64,000 nt of DNA from Eledone cirrhosa (Eukaryota), in the NCBI GenBank assembly GCA_964016885.1, contig OZ024745.1:10292001-10356000 (forward strand), read 5' to 3'. Position 1 is the first letter of the stretch. Each line of letters starts with the position of its first letter. Below, piece after piece: positions 39,101 through 57,100 of this stretch. The notes beneath the pieces were generated by a model, which worked only from the letters and a program-made list of their open reading frames with translations, was not told the DNA's origin and did no database searches. Made by a program: the position numbers and the translations under genes.

Positions 39101-42100
39101 GATAGAGTGTACCTATTCTAATCTAGATATACATGGTATTACAACATACAGGGATACAGTGTACCTATTCTAAACTAGATATATATGGTATTACAACATA
39201 CAGGGATACAGTGTACCTATTCTAAACTAGATATACATGGTATTATGACATACAGGGATACAGTGTACCTATTGTAAACTAGATATACATGGTCTTACAA
39301 CATACAGGGATACAGTGTACCTATTCTAAACTAGATATACATGGTATTACAACATACAGGGATACAGTGTACCTATTCTAAACTAGATATACATGGTATT
39401 ACAACATACAGGGATACAGTGTACCTATTCTAAACTAGATATACATGGTATTACAACATACAGGGATACAGTGTACCTATTCTAAACTAGATATACATGA
39501 TATTATGACATACAGGGATACAGTGTACCTATTGTAAACTAGATATACATGGTATTACAACATACAGGATATAGTGTACCTATTCTAAACTAGATATATA
39601 TGGTATTATGACATACAGGGATACAGTGTACCTATTCTAAATTAGATATACATGGTATTACAACATACAGGGATACAGTGTACATATTGTAAACTAGATA
39701 TACATGGTATTACAAGATACAGGGATACAGTGTACCTATTCTAAACTAGATATATATGGTATTACAACATACAGAGATACAGTGTACCAATTCTAAACTA
39801 GATATACATGGTATTACAACATACTGGGATACAGTGTACCTATTCTAAACTAGATATACATGGTATTACAACGTACAGGGATACAGTGAACCTATTCTAA
39901 ACTAGATATACATGGTCTTATGACATACAGGGATACAGTGAACCTATTCTAAACTAGATGTACATGGTCATATGACATACAGGGATACAGTGTACCTATT
40001 CTAAACTAGATATACATGGTATTATGACATACAGGGATACAGTGTACCTATTCTAAACTAGATATACATGGTCTTACAACAAACAGGGATACAGTGTACC
40101 TATTCTAAACTAGATATACATGGTATTACAACATACAGGGATACAGTGTACCTATTCTAAACTAGATATACATGGTATTACAACATACAGGGATACAGTG
40201 TACCTATTCTAAACTAGATATACATGGTATTACAACATACAGGGATACAGTGTACCTATTCTAAACTAGATATACATGGGATTTTGACATACAGGGATAC
40301 AGTGTACCTATTCTAAACTAGATATATATGGTATTACAACATACAGAGATACAGTGTACCTATTGTAAACTAGATATACATGGTATTACAACATACAGGG
40401 ATACAATGTACCTATTCTAAACTAGATATATATGGTATTACAACATACAGAGATACAGTGTACCTATTCTAAACTAGATATACATGGTATTACAACATAC
40501 TGGGATACAGTATACCTATTCTAAACTATATATATATGTTATTACAACAGGGACACAGTGTACCTATTCTAAACTAGATATACATGGTATTATGACATAC
40601 AGGGATACAGTGTACCTATTCTAAACTAGATATACATGGTATTATGACATACAGGGATATAGTATACCTATTCTAAACTAGATATATATGGTATTACAAC
40701 TTACAGGGATACAGTGTACCTATTCTAAACTAGATATACATGGTATTATGACATACAGGGATACAGTGTACCTATTCTAAAATAGATATACATGGTATTA
40801 CAACATACAGGGATACAGTGTACCTATTCTAAACTAGATATACATGGTCTTATGACATACAGGGATACAGTGTACCTATGCTAAACTAGATGTATATGGT
40901 ATTACAACATACAGGGATACAGTGTACCTATTCTAAACTAGATATATATGGTATTACAACATACAGGGATACAGTGTACCTATTCTAAACTAGATATACA
41001 TGGTATTACAATGTACAGGGATACAGTGAACCTATTCTAAACTAGATATACATGGTCTTATGACATACAGGGATACAGTGAACCTATTCTAAACTAGATG
41101 TACATGGTCATATGACATACAGGGATACAGTGTACCTATTCTAAACTAGATATACATGGTATTATGATATACAGGGATACAGTGTACCTATTCTAATCTA
41201 GATATACATGATATTACAACATACAGAGATACAGTGTACCTATTCTAAACTAGATATATATGGTATTACAACATACAGGGATACAGTGTACCTATTCTAA
41301 ACTAGATATACATGGTATTATGACATACAGGGATACAGTGTACCTATTGTAAACTAGATATATATGGTATTATGACATACAGGGATACAGTGTACCTATT
41401 CTAAACTAGATATACATGGTATTACAACATACAGGGATACAGTGAACCTATTCTAAACTAGATATACATGGTCTTACAACATACAGGGATACAGTGTACC
41501 TATTCTAAACTAGATATACATGGTATTACAACATACAGGGATACAGTGTACCTATTCTAAACTAGATATACATGGTATTACAACATACAGGGATACAGTG
41601 TCCCTATTCTAAACTAGATTATATATGGTATTACAACATACAGGGATACAGTGTACCTATTCTAAACTAGATATATATGGTATTACAACATACAGGGATA
41701 CAGTGTACCTATTCTAAACTAGATATATATGGTATTACAACATACAGGGATACAGTGTACCTATTCTAAACTAGATATATATGGTATTACAACATACAGG
41801 GATACAGTGTACCTATTCTAAACTAGATATACATGGTATTACAACATACAGGGATACAGTGTACCTATTGTAAACTAGATATATATGGTATTATAACATA
41901 CAGGGATACAGTGTACCTGTTCTAAACTAGATATACATGGTATTACAACATACAGAGATACAGTGCACCTATTCTAAACTAGATATATATTGTATTACAA
42001 CATACAGGGATACAGTGTACCTATTGTAAACTAGATATATATGGTATTATAACATACAGGGATACAGTGTACCTATTCTAAACTAGATATATATTGTATT

Positions 42101-45100
42101 ACAACATACAGAGATACAGTGTACCTATTCTAAACTAGATATACATGGTATTACAACATACTAGGATACAGTATACCTATTCTAAACTATATATGGTATT
42201 ACAACATACAGGGATACAGTGTACCTATTCTAAACTAGATATATATGGTATTACAACATACAGGGATACAGTGTATCTATTCTAAACTAGATATACATGG
42301 TATTATGACATACAGGGATACAGTATACCTATTCTAAACTAGATATATATGGTATTACAACATACAGGGATACAGTGTACCTATTGTAAACTAGATATAC
42401 ATGGTATTACAACATACAGGGATACTGTGTACCTATTCTAAACTAGATATACATGGTATTACAACATACAGGGATACAGTGTACCTATTCTAAACTATAT
42501 ATACATGGTATTACAACATACAGGGATACAGTGTACCTATTCTAAACTAGATATACAATGGTATTACAATATACAGGGATACAGTGTACCTATTCTAAAC
42601 TAGATATACATGGTATTACAACATACAGATACAGTGTACCTATTCTAAACTAGATATATATGGTATTACAACATACAGAGATACAGTGTACCTATTCTAA
42701 ACTAGATATACATGGTATTACAACATACAGAGATACAGTGTACCTATTCTAAACTAGATATACATGGTATTACAACATACAGGGATACAGTGTACCTATT
42801 CTAAACTAGATATACATGGTCTTATGACATACAGGGATACAGTGTACCTATGCTAAACTAGATGTATATGGTATTACAACATACAGGGATACAGTGTACC
42901 TATTCTAAACTAGATATATATGGTATTACAACATACAGGGATACAGTGTACCTATTCTAAACTAGATATACATGGTATTACAATGTACAGGGATACAGTG
43001 AACCTATTCTAAACTAGATATACATGGTCTTATGACATACAGGGATACAGTGAACCTATTCTAAACTAGATGTACATGGTCATATGACATACAGGGATAC
43101 AGTGTACCTATTCTAAACTAGATATACATGGTATTATGATATACAGGGATACAGTGTACCTATTCTAATCTAGATATACATGATATTACAACATACAGAG
43201 ATACAGTGTACCTATTCTAAACTAGATATATATGGTATTACAACATACAGGGATACAGTGTACCTATTCTAAACTAGATATACATGGTATTATGACATAC
43301 AGGGATACAGTGTACCTATTGTAAACTAGATATATATGGTATTATGACATACAGGGATACAGTGTACCTATTCTAAACTAGATATACATGGTATTACAAC
43401 ATACAGGGATACAGTGAACCTATTCTAAACTAGATATACATGGTCTTACAACATACAGGGATACAGTGTACCTATTCTAAACTAGATATACATGGTATTA
43501 CAACATACAGGGATACAGTGTACCTATTCTAAACTAGATATACATGGTATTACAACATACAGGGATACAGTGTCCCTATTCTAAACTAGATTATATATGG
43601 TATTACAACATACAGGGATACAGTGTACCTATTCTAAACTAGATATATATGGTATTACAACATACAGGGATACAGTGTACCTATTCTAAACTAGATATAT
43701 ATGGTATTACAACATACAGGGATACAGTGTACCTATTCTAAACTAGATATATATGGTATTACAACATACAGGGATACAGTGTACCTATTCTAAACTAGAT
43801 ATACATGGTATTACAACATACAGGGATACAGTGTACCTATTGTAAACTAGATATATATGGTATTATAACATACAGGGATACAGTGTACCTGTTCTAAACT
43901 AGATATACATGGTATTACAACATACAGAGATACAGTGCACCTATTCTAAACTAGATATATATTGTATTACAACATACAGGGATACAGTGTACCTATTGTA
44001 AACTAGATATATATGGTATTATAACATACAGGGATACAGTGTACCTATTCTAAACTAGATATATATTGTATTACAACATACAGAGATACAGTGTACCTAT
44101 TCTAAACTAGATATACATGGTATTACAACATACTAGGATACAGTATACCTATTCTAAACTATATATGGTATTACAACATACAGGGATACAGTGTACCTAT
44201 TCTAAACTAGATATATATGGTATTACAACATACAGGGATACAGTGTATCTATTCTAAACTAGATATACATGGTATTATGACATACAGGGATACAGTATAC
44301 CTATTCTAAACTAGATATATATGGTATTACAACATACAGGGATACAGTGTACCTATTGTAAACTAGATATACATGGTATTACAACATACAGGGATACTGT
44401 GTACCTATTCTAAACTAGATATACATGGTATTACAACATACAGGGATACAGTGTACCTATTCTAAACTATATATACATGGTATTACAACATACAGGGATA
44501 CAGTGTACCTATTCTAAACTAGATATACAATGGTATTACAATATACAGGGATACAGTGTACCTATTCTAAACTAGATATACATGGTATTACAACATACAG
44601 ATACAGTGTACCTATTCTAAACTAGATATATATGGTATTACAACATACAGAGATACAGTGTACCTATTCTAAACTAGATATACATGGTATTACAACATAC
44701 AGAGATACAGTGTACCTATTCTAAACTAGATATACATGGTATTACAACATACAGGGATACAGTGTACCTATTCTAAACTAGATATACAATGGTATTACAA
44801 TATACAGGGATACAGTGTACCTATTCTAAACTAGATATATATGGTATTACAACATACAGGGATACAGTGTACCTATTCTAAACTAGATATATATGGTATT
44901 ACAACATACAGGGATACAGTGTACCTATTCTAAACTAGATATACATGGTATTACAACATACAGGGATACAGTGTAACTATTCTAAACTAGATATACATGG
45001 TATTACAACATACAGGGATACAGTGTACCTATTCTAAACTAGACATACAATGGTATTACAATATACAGGGATACAGTGTACCTATTCTAAACTAGATATA

Positions 45101-48100
45101 CATGGTATTACAACATACAGATACAGTTTCCTATTCTAAACTAGATATATATGGTATTACAACATACAGAGATACAGTGTACCTATTCTAAACTAGATAT
45201 ATATGGTATTACAACATACAGAGATACAGTGTACCTATTCTAAACTAGATATACATGGTATTACAACATACTGGGATACAGTATACCTATTCTAAACAAT
45301 ATATATATGGTATTACAACATACAGGGATACAGTGTACCTATTCTAAACTAGACATACATGGTATTACAACATACAGGGATACAGTGTACCTATTCTAAA
45401 CTAGATATATATGGTATTACAACATACAGGGATACAGTGTACCTATTCTAAACTAGATGTATATGGTATTATGACATACAGGGATACAGTGTACCTATTC
45501 TAAACTAGATATACATGGTATTACAACATACAGGGATACAGTGTACCTATTGTAAACTAGATATATATGGTATTACAACATACAGGGATACAGTATACCT
45601 ATTCTAAACTAGATATACATGGTATTACAATATACAGGGATACAGTGTACCTATTCTAAACTAGATATACATGGTATTATGACATACAGGGATACAGTGT
45701 ACCTATTGTAAACTAGATATACATGGTCTTACAACATACAGGGATATAGTGTACCTATTCTAAACTAGATATATATATGGTCTTACAACATACAGGGATA
45801 CAGTGTACCTATTCTAAACTAGATATACATGGTATTACAACACACAGTGATACAGTGTACCTATTCTAAACTAGATATACATGGTATTACAACATTCAGG
45901 GATACAGTGTCCTATTCTAAACTAGATATACATGGTATTACAACATACAGGGATACAGTGTACCTATTGTAAACTAGATATACATGGTCTTACAACATAC
46001 AGGGATACAGTGTACCTATTCTAAACTAGATATATATATGGTCTTACAACATACAGGAATACAGTGTCCTATTCTAAACTAGATATACATGGTATTACAA
46101 CATACAGGGATACAGTGTACCTATTCTAAACTAGATATATATGGTATTACAACATACAGGGATACAGTGTACCTATTCTAAACTAGATGTATATGGTATT
46201 ATGACATACAGGGATACAGTGTACCTATTCTAAACTAGATATACATGGGATTATGACATACAGGGATACAGTGTACCTATTCTAAACTAGATATATATGG
46301 TATTACAACATACAGAGATACAGTGTACCTATTGTAAACTAGATATACATGGTATTACAACATACAGGGATACAGTGTACCTATTCTAAACTAGATATAT
46401 ATGGTATTACAACATACAGAGATACAGTGTACCTATTCTAAACTAGATATACATGGTATTACAACATACTGGGATACAGTATACCTATTCTAAACTATAT
46501 ATATATGTTATTACAACAGGGACACAGTGTACCTATTCTAAACTAGATATACATGGTATTATGACATACAGGGATACAGTGTACCTATTCTAAACTAGAT
46601 ATACATGGTATTATGACATACAGGGATATAGTATACCTATTCTAAACTAGATATATATGGTATTACAACTTACAGGGATACAGTGTACCTATTCTAAACT
46701 AGATATACATGGTATTATGACATACAGGGATACAGTGTACCTATTCTAAAATAGATATACATGGTATTACAACATACAGGGATACAGTGTACCTATTCTA
46801 AACTAGATATACATGGTCTTATGACATACAGGGATACAGTGTACCTATGCTAAACTAGATGTATATGGTATTACAACATACAGGGATACAGTGTACCTAT
46901 TCTAAACTAGATATATATGGTATTACAACATACAGGGATACAGTGTACCTATTCTAAACTAGATATACATGGTATTACAATGTACAGGGATACAGTGAAC
47001 CTATTCTAAACTAGATATACATGGTCTTATGACATACAGGGATACAGTGAACCTATTCTAAACTAGATGTACATGGTCATATGACATACAGGGATACAGT
47101 GTACCTATTCTAAACTAGATATACATGGTATTATGATATACAGGGATACAGTGTACCTATTCTAATCTAGATATACATGATATTACAACATACAGAGATA
47201 CAGTGTACCTATTCTAAACTAGATATATATGGTATTACAACATACAGGGATACAGTGTACCTATTCTAAACTAGATATACATGGTATTATGACATACAGG
47301 GATACAGTGTACCTATTGTAAACTAGATATATATGGTATTATGACATACAGGGATACAGTGTACCTATTCTAAACTAGATATACATGGTATTACAACATA
47401 CAGGGATACAGTGAACCTATTCTAAACTAGATATACATGGTCTTACAACATACAGGGATACAGTGTACCTATTCTAAACTAGATATACATGGTATTACAA
47501 CATACAGGGATACAGTGTACCTATTCTAAACTAGATATACATGGTATTACAACATACAGGGATACAGTGTCCCTATTCTAAACTAGATTATATATGGTAT
47601 TACAACATACAGGGATACAGTGTACCTATTCTAAACTAGATATATATGGTATTACAACATACAGGGATACAGTGTACCTATTCTAAACTAGATATATATG
47701 GTATTACAACATACAGGGATACAGTGTACCTATTCTAAACTAGATATATATGGTATTACAACATACAGGGATACAGTGTACCTATTCTAAACTAGATATA
47801 CATGGTATTACAACATACAGGGATACAGTGTACCTATTGTAAACTAGATATATATGGTATTATAACATACAGGGATACAGTGTACCTATTCTAAACTAGA
47901 TATACATGGTATTACAACATACAGAGATACAGTGCACCTATTCTAAACTAGATATATATTGTATTACAACATACAGGGATACAGTGTACCTGTTGTAAAC
48001 TAGATATATATGGTATTATAACATACAGGGATACAGTGTACCTATTCTAAACTAGATATATATTGTATTACAACATACAGAGATACAGTGTACCTATTCT

Positions 48101-51100
48101 AAACTAGATATACATGGTATTACAACATACTAGGATACAGTATACCTATTCTAAACTATATATGGTATTACAACATACAGGGATACAGTGTACCTATTCT
48201 AAACTAGATATATATGGTATTACAACATACAGGGATACAGTGTATCTATTCTAAACTAGATATACATGGTATTATGACATACAGGGATACAGTATACCTA
48301 TTCTAAACTAGATATATATGGTATTACAACATACAGGGATACAGTGTACCTATTGTAAACTAGATATACATGGTATTACAACATACAGGGATACTGTGTA
48401 CCTATTCTAAACTAGATATACATGGTATTACAACATACAGGGATACAGTGTACCTATTCTAAACTATATATACATGGTATTACAACATACAGGGATACAG
48501 TGTACCTATTCTAAACTAGATATACAATGGTATTACAATATACAGGGATACAGTGTACCTATTCTAAACTAGATATACATGGTATTACAACATACAGATA
48601 CAGTGTACCTATTCTAAACTAGATATATATGGTATTACAACATACAGAGATACAGTGTACCTATTCTAAACTAGATATACATGGTATTACAACATACAGA
48701 GATACAGTGTACCTATTCTAAACTAGATATACATGGTATTACAACATACAGGGATACAGTGTACCTATTCTAAACTAGATATACAATGGTATTACAATAT
48801 ACAGGGATACAGTGTACCTATTCTAAACTAGATATATATGGTATTACAACATACAGGGATACAGTGTACCTATTCTAAACTAGATATATATGGTATTACA
48901 ACATACAGGGATACAGTGTACCTATTCTAAACTAGATATACATGGTATTACAACATACAGGGATACAGTGTAACTATTCTAAACTAGATATACATGGTAT
49001 TACAACATACAGGGATACAGTGTACCTATTCTAAACTAGATATATATGGTATTACAACATACAGGGATACAGTGTACCTATTCTAAACTAGATATACATG
49101 GTATTACAACATACAGGGATACAGTGTAACTATTCTAAACTAGATATACATGGTATTACAACATACAGGGATACAGTGTACCTATTCTAAACTAGATATA
49201 TATGGTATTACAACATACAGGGATACAGTATACCTATTCTAAACAATATATATATGGTATTACAACATACAGGGATACAGTGTACCTATTCTAAACTAGA
49301 CATACATGGTATTACAACATACAGGGATACAGTGTACCTATTCTAAACTAGATATATATGGTATTACAACATACAGGGATACAGTGTACCTATTCTAAAC
49401 TAGATGTATATGGTATTATGACATACAGGGATACAGTGTACCTATTCTAAACTAGATATACATGGTATTACAACATACAGGGATACAGTGTACCTATTGT
49501 AAACTAGATATATATGGTATTACAACATACAGGGATACAGTATACCTATTCTAAACTAGATATACATGGTATTACAATATACAGGGATACAGTGTACCTA
49601 TTCTAAACTAGATATACATGGTATTATGACATACAGGGATACAGTGTACCTATTGTAAACTAGATATACATGGTCTTACAACATACAGGGATACAGTGTA
49701 CCTATTCTAAACTAGATATATATATGGTCTTACAACATACAGGGATACAGTGTACCTATTCTAAACTAGATATACATGGTATTACAACACACAGTGATAC
49801 AGTGTACCTATTCTAAACTAGATATACATGGTATTACAACATACAGGGATACAGTGTCCTATTCTAAACTAGATATACATGGTATTACAACATACAGGGA
49901 TACAGTGTACCTATTCTAAACTAGATATATATGATATTACAACATACAGGGGTACAGTGTACCTATTCTAAACTAGATATACATGGTATTATGACATACA
50001 GGGGTACAGTGTACCTATTCTAAACTAGATATACATGGTATTACAACATACAGGGATACAGTGTACCTATTCTAAACTAGATATATATGGTATTACAACA
50101 TACAGGGATACAGTGTACCTGTTCTAAACTAGATATATATGGTATTACAACATACAGGGATACAGTGTACCTATTCTAAACTAAATATATATGGTATTAC
50201 AACATACAGGGATACAGTGTACCTATTCTAAACTAGATATATATGGTATTACAACATACAGGGATACAGTGTACCTATTCTAAACTAGATATATATGGTA
50301 TTACAACATACAGAGATACAGTGTACCTATTCTAAACTAGATATACATGGTATTACAACATACAGGGATACAGTGTACCTATTCTAAACTAGATATACAT
50401 GGTATTATGACATACAGGGATACAGTGTACCTATTCTAAACTAGATATACATGGTATTACAACATACAGGGATACAGTGTACCTATTCTAAACTAGATAT
50501 ACATGGTCTTACAACATACAGGGATACAGTGTACCTATTCTAAACTATATATACATGGTATTACAACATACAGGGATATAGTGTACCTATTCTAAACTAG
50601 ATATATATGGTATTACAACATACAGGGATACAGTGTACCTATTCTAAACTAGATATATATGGTATTACAACATACAGGGATACAGTGTACCTATTCTAAA
50701 CTAGATATATATGGTATTACAACATACAGGGATACAGTGTACCTATTCTAAACTAGATATACATGGTATTACAACATACAGGGATACAGTGTACCTATTC
50801 TAAACTAGATATACATGGTATTACAACATACAGGGATACAGTGTACCTATTCTAAACTAGATATACAATGGTATTACAATATACAGGGATACAGTGTACC
50901 TATTCTAAACTAGATATACATGGTATTACAACATACAGATACAGTGTACCTATTCTAAACTAGATATATATGGTATTACAACATACAGAGATACAGTGTA
51001 CCAAATTCTAAACTAGATATACATGGTATTACAATATACAGGGATACAGTGTACCTATTCTAAACTAGATATACATGGTATTACAACATACAGAGATACA

Positions 51101-54100
51101 GTGTACCAAATTCTAAACTAGATATACATGGTATTACAATATACAGGGATACAGTGTACCTATTCTAAACTAGATATATATAGTATTACAACATACAGAG
51201 ATACAGTGTACCAAATTCTAAACTAGATATACATGGTATTACAACATACAGGGATACAGTGTATCTATTCTAAACTAGATATACATGGTATTACAACATA
51301 CAGGGATACAGTGTACCTATTCTAAACTAGATATATATGGTATTACAACATACAGGGATACAGTGTACCAAATTCTAAACTAGATATACATGGTATTACA
51401 ACATACAGAGATACAGTGTACCAAATTCTAAACTAGATATACATGGTATTACAACATACAGGGATACAGTGTACCTATTCTAAACTAGATATACATGGTA
51501 TTATGACATACAGGGATACAGTGTACCTATTCTAAACTAGATATACATGGTATTACAACATACAGGGATACAGTGTACCTATTCTAAACTAGATATACAT
51601 GGTATTATGACATACAGGGATACAGTGTACCTATTCTAAACTAGATATATATGGTATTACAACATACAGAGATACAGTGTACCTATTCTAAACTAGATAT
51701 ACATGGTATTACAAAATACAGGGATACAGTGTACCTATTCTAAACTAGATATATATGGTATTACAACATACAGGGATACAGTGTACCTATTCTAAACTAG
51801 ATATACATGGTATTACAACATACTGGGATACAGTATACCTATTCTAAACTAGATATATATGGTATTACAACATACAGAGATACAGTGTACCAAATTCTAA
51901 ACTAGATATACATGGTATTACAACATACAGGGATACAGTGTACCTATTCTAAACTAGATATACATGGTATTATGACATACAGGGATACAGTGTACCTATT
52001 CTAAACTAGATATACATGGTATTACAACATACAGGGATACAGTGTACCTATTCTAAACTAGATATACATGGTATTATGACATACAGGGATACAGTGTACC
52101 TATTCTAAACTAGATATATATGGTATTACAACATACAGGGATACAGTGTACCTATTCTAAACTAGATATACATGGTATTACAACACACAGGGATACAGTG
52201 TACCTATTCTAAACTGGATATACATGGTATTATGACATACAGGGATACAGTGTACCTATTCTAAACTAGATATACATGGTATTACAACATACAGGGATAC
52301 AGTGTACCTATTCTAAACTAGATATACATGGTATTACAACATACTGGGATACAGTGTACCTATTCTAAACTAGATATACATGGTCTTACAACATACAGGG
52401 ATACAGTGTACCTATTCTAAACTAGATATACATGGTATTATGACATACAGGGATACAGTGTACCTATTCTAAACTAGATATACATGGTATTACAACATAC
52501 AGGGATACAGTGTACCTATTCTAAACTAGATATACATGATATTATGACATACAGAGATATAGTGTACCTATTCTAAACTAGATATATATGGTATTATAAC
52601 ATACAGAGATACAGTGTACCTATTCTAAACTAGATATACATGGTATTACAACATACAGGGATACAGTGTACCTATTCTAAACTAGATATACATGGTATTA
52701 CAACATACAGGGATACAGTGTACCTATTCTAAACTAGACATACATGGTATTACAACATACAGAGATACAATGTACCTATTCTAAACTAGATATACATGGT
52801 ATTACAACATACAGGGATACAGTGTACCTATTCTAAACTAGATATACATGGTATTACAACATACAGGGATACAGTGTACCTATTCTAAACTAGGTATATA
52901 TGGTATTACAACATACAGAGATACAGTGTACCAAATTCTAAACTAGATATACATGGTATTACAACATACAGGGATACAGTGTACATATTCTAAACTAGAT
53001 ATACATGGTATTATGACATACAGGGATACAGTGTACCTATTCTAAACTAGATATACATGGTATTACAACATACAGGGATACAGTGTACATATTCTAAACT
53101 AGATATATATGGTATTACAACATACAGAGATACAGTGTACCTATTCTAAACTAGATATATATGGTATTACAACATACAGGGATACAGTGTACCTATTCTA
53201 AACTAGATATACATGGTATTACAACATACAGGGATAGAGTGTACCTATTCTAAACTAGATATATATGGTATTACAACATACAGGGATACAGTGTACCTAT
53301 TCTAAACTAGATATACATGGTATTACAACATACTGGGATACAGTATACCTATTCTAAACTAGATATATATGGTATTACAACATACAGAGATACAGTGTAC
53401 CTATTCTAAACTAGATATATATGGTATTACAACATACAGAGATACAGTGTACCTATTCTAAACTAGATATACATGGTATTACAACATACAGGGATACAGT
53501 GTACCTATTCTAAACTATATATACATGGTATTACAAAATACAGGGATACAGTGTACCTATTCTAAACTAGATATACATGGTCTTACAACATACAGGGATG
53601 CAGTGTACCTATTCTAAACTAGATATACATGGTATTACAACATACAGGGATACAGTGTACCTATTCTAAACTAGATATACATGGTATTACAACATACAGG
53701 GATACAGTGTACCTATTCTAAACTAGACATACATGGTATTACAACATACAGAGATACAGTGTACCTATTCTAAACTAGATATACATGGTATTACAGCATA
53801 CTGGGATACAGTGTACCTATTCTAAACTAGATATACATGGTCTTACAACATACAGGGATGCAGTGTACCTATTCTAAACTAGATATACATGGTATTACAA
53901 CATACAGGGATACAGTGTACCTATTCTAAACTAGATATATATGGTATTACAACATACAGAGATACAGTGTACCTATTCTAAACTAGATATGCATGGTATT
54001 ACAACATACTGGGATACAGTATACCTATTCTAAACTATATATATATGGTATTACAACATACAGGGATACAGTGTACCTATTCTAAACTAGATATACATGG

Positions 54101-57100
54101 TATTATGACATACAGGGATACAGTGTACCTATTCTAAACTAGATATACATGGTATTATGACATACAGGGATACAGTATACCTATTCTAAACTAGATATAT
54201 ATGGTATTACAACATACAGGGATACAGTGTACCTATTCTAAACTAGATATACATGGAATTACAACATACAGGGATACAGTGTACCTATTCTAAACTAGAT
54301 ATACATGGTATTACAACATACAGGGATACAGTGTACCTATTCTAAACTAGACATACATGGTATTACAACATACAGGGATACAGTGTACCTATTCTAAACT
54401 AGATATATATGGTATTACAACATACAGGGATACAGTGTACCTATTCTAAACTAGATGTATATGGTATTATGACATACAGGGATACAGTGTACCTATTCTA
54501 AACTAGATATACATGGTATTACAACATACAGGGATACAGTGTACCTATTCTAAACTAGATATATATTGTATTACAACATACAGGGATACAGTGTACCTAT
54601 TCTAAACTAGATATACATGGTATTACAATATACAGGAATACAGTGTACCTATTCTAAACTAGATATACATGGTATTATGACATACAGGGATACAGTGTAC
54701 CTATTCTAAACTAGATATATATGGTATTACAACATACAGAGATACAGTGTACCTATTCTAAACTAGATATACATGGTATTACAACATACAGGGATACAGT
54801 GTACCTATTCTAAACTAGATATATATGGTATTATGACATACAGGGATACAGTGTACCTATTCTAAACTAGATATACATGGTATTACAACATACAGGGATA
54901 CAGTGTACCTATTGTAAACTAGATATACATGGTATTACAACATACAGGGATACAGTGTACCTATTCTAAACTAGACATATATGGTATTACAACATACAGG
55001 GATACAGTGTACCTATTCTAAACTAGATATACATGGTATTACAACATACTGGGATACAGTATACCTATTCTGAACTATATATATATATATGGTATTACAA
55101 CATACAGGGATACAGTGTACCTATTCTAAACTAGATATACATGGTATTACAACATACTGGGATACAGTATACCTATTCTGAACTATATATATATATATGG
55201 TATTACAACAAACAGGGATACAGTGTACCTATTCTAAACTAGATATACATGGTATTATGACATACAGGGATACAGTGTACCTATTCTAAACTAGATATAC
55301 ATGGTATTATGACATACAGGGATACAGTATACCTATTCTAAACTAGATATATATGGTATTACAACATACAGGGATACAGTGTACCTATTCTAAACTAGAT
55401 ATACATGGTATTATGACATACAGGGATACAGTGTACCTATTCTAAACTAGATATACATGGTATTACAACATACAGGGATACAGTGAACCTATTCTAAACT
55501 AGATATACATGGTCTTATGACATACAGGGATACAGTGTACCTATTCTAAACTAGATCTATATGGTATTACAACATACAGGGATACAGTGTACCTATTCTA
55601 AACTAGATATATATGGTATTACAACATACAGGGATACAGTATACCTATTCTAAACTAGATATATATGGTATTACAACATACAGGGATACAGTGTACCTAT
55701 TCTAAACTAGATATACATGGTATTACAACGTACAGGGATACAGTGAACCTATTCTAAACTAGATATACATGGTCTTATGACATACAGGGATACAGTGAAC
55801 CTATTCTAAACTAGATGTACATGGTCTTATGACATACAGGGATACAGTGTACCTATTCTAAACTAGATATACATGGTATTATGACATACAGGGATACAGT
55901 GTACCTATTCTAAACTAGATATACATGGTATTACAACATACAGGGATACAGTGTACCTATTCTAAACTAGATATACATGGTCTTACAACATACAGGGATA
56001 CAGTATACCTATTCTAAACTAGATATATATGGTATTACAACATACAGGGATACAGTGTACCTATTCTAAACTAGATATACATGGTCTTACAACATACAGG
56101 GATACAGTATACCTATTCTAAACTAGATATATATGGTATTACAACATACAGAGATACAGTGTACCTATTCTAAACTAGATATACATGGTATTACAACATA
56201 CAGGGATACAGTGTACCTATTCTAAACTAGATATACATGGTATTACAACATACAGTGATACAGTGTACCTATTCTAAACTAGATATACATGGTATTACAA
56301 CATACAGGGATACAGTGAACCTATTCTAAACTAGATATACATGGTAATACAACATACAGGGATACAGTGTACCTATTCTTAACTAGATATACATGGTATT
56401 ACAACATACAGGGATACAGTGTACCTATTCTAAACTAGATATACATGGTATTACAACATACAGGGATACAGTGTACCTATTCTAAACTTGATATATATGG
56501 TCTTACAAAATACAGGGATACAGTATACCTATTCTAAACTAGATATACTAGGTATTACAATATACAGGGATACAGTGTACCTCTTCTAAACTAGATATAC
56601 ATGGTATTACAACATACAGGGATACAGTGTACCTATTCTAAACTAGATATATATGGTATTATGACATACAGGGATACAGTGTACCTATTCTAAAGTAGAT
56701 ATTCATGGTCTTACAACATACAGGGATACAGTGTACCTATTGTAAACTAGATATACATGGTATTACAACATACAGGGATACAGTGTACCTATTCTAAACT
56801 AGATATATATGGTATTACAACATACAGAGATACAGTGTACCTATTCTAAACTAGATATACATGGTATTACAACATACTGGGAGACAGTATACCTATTCTA
56901 AACTATATATATATGGTATTACAACATACAGGGATACAGTGTACCTATTCTAAACTAGATATATATGGTATTACAACATACAGGGATACAGTGTACCTAT
57001 TCTAAACTAGATATACATGTTATTATGACATACAGGGATACAGTATACCTATTCTAAACTAGATATATATGGTATTACAACATACAGGGATACAGTGTAC

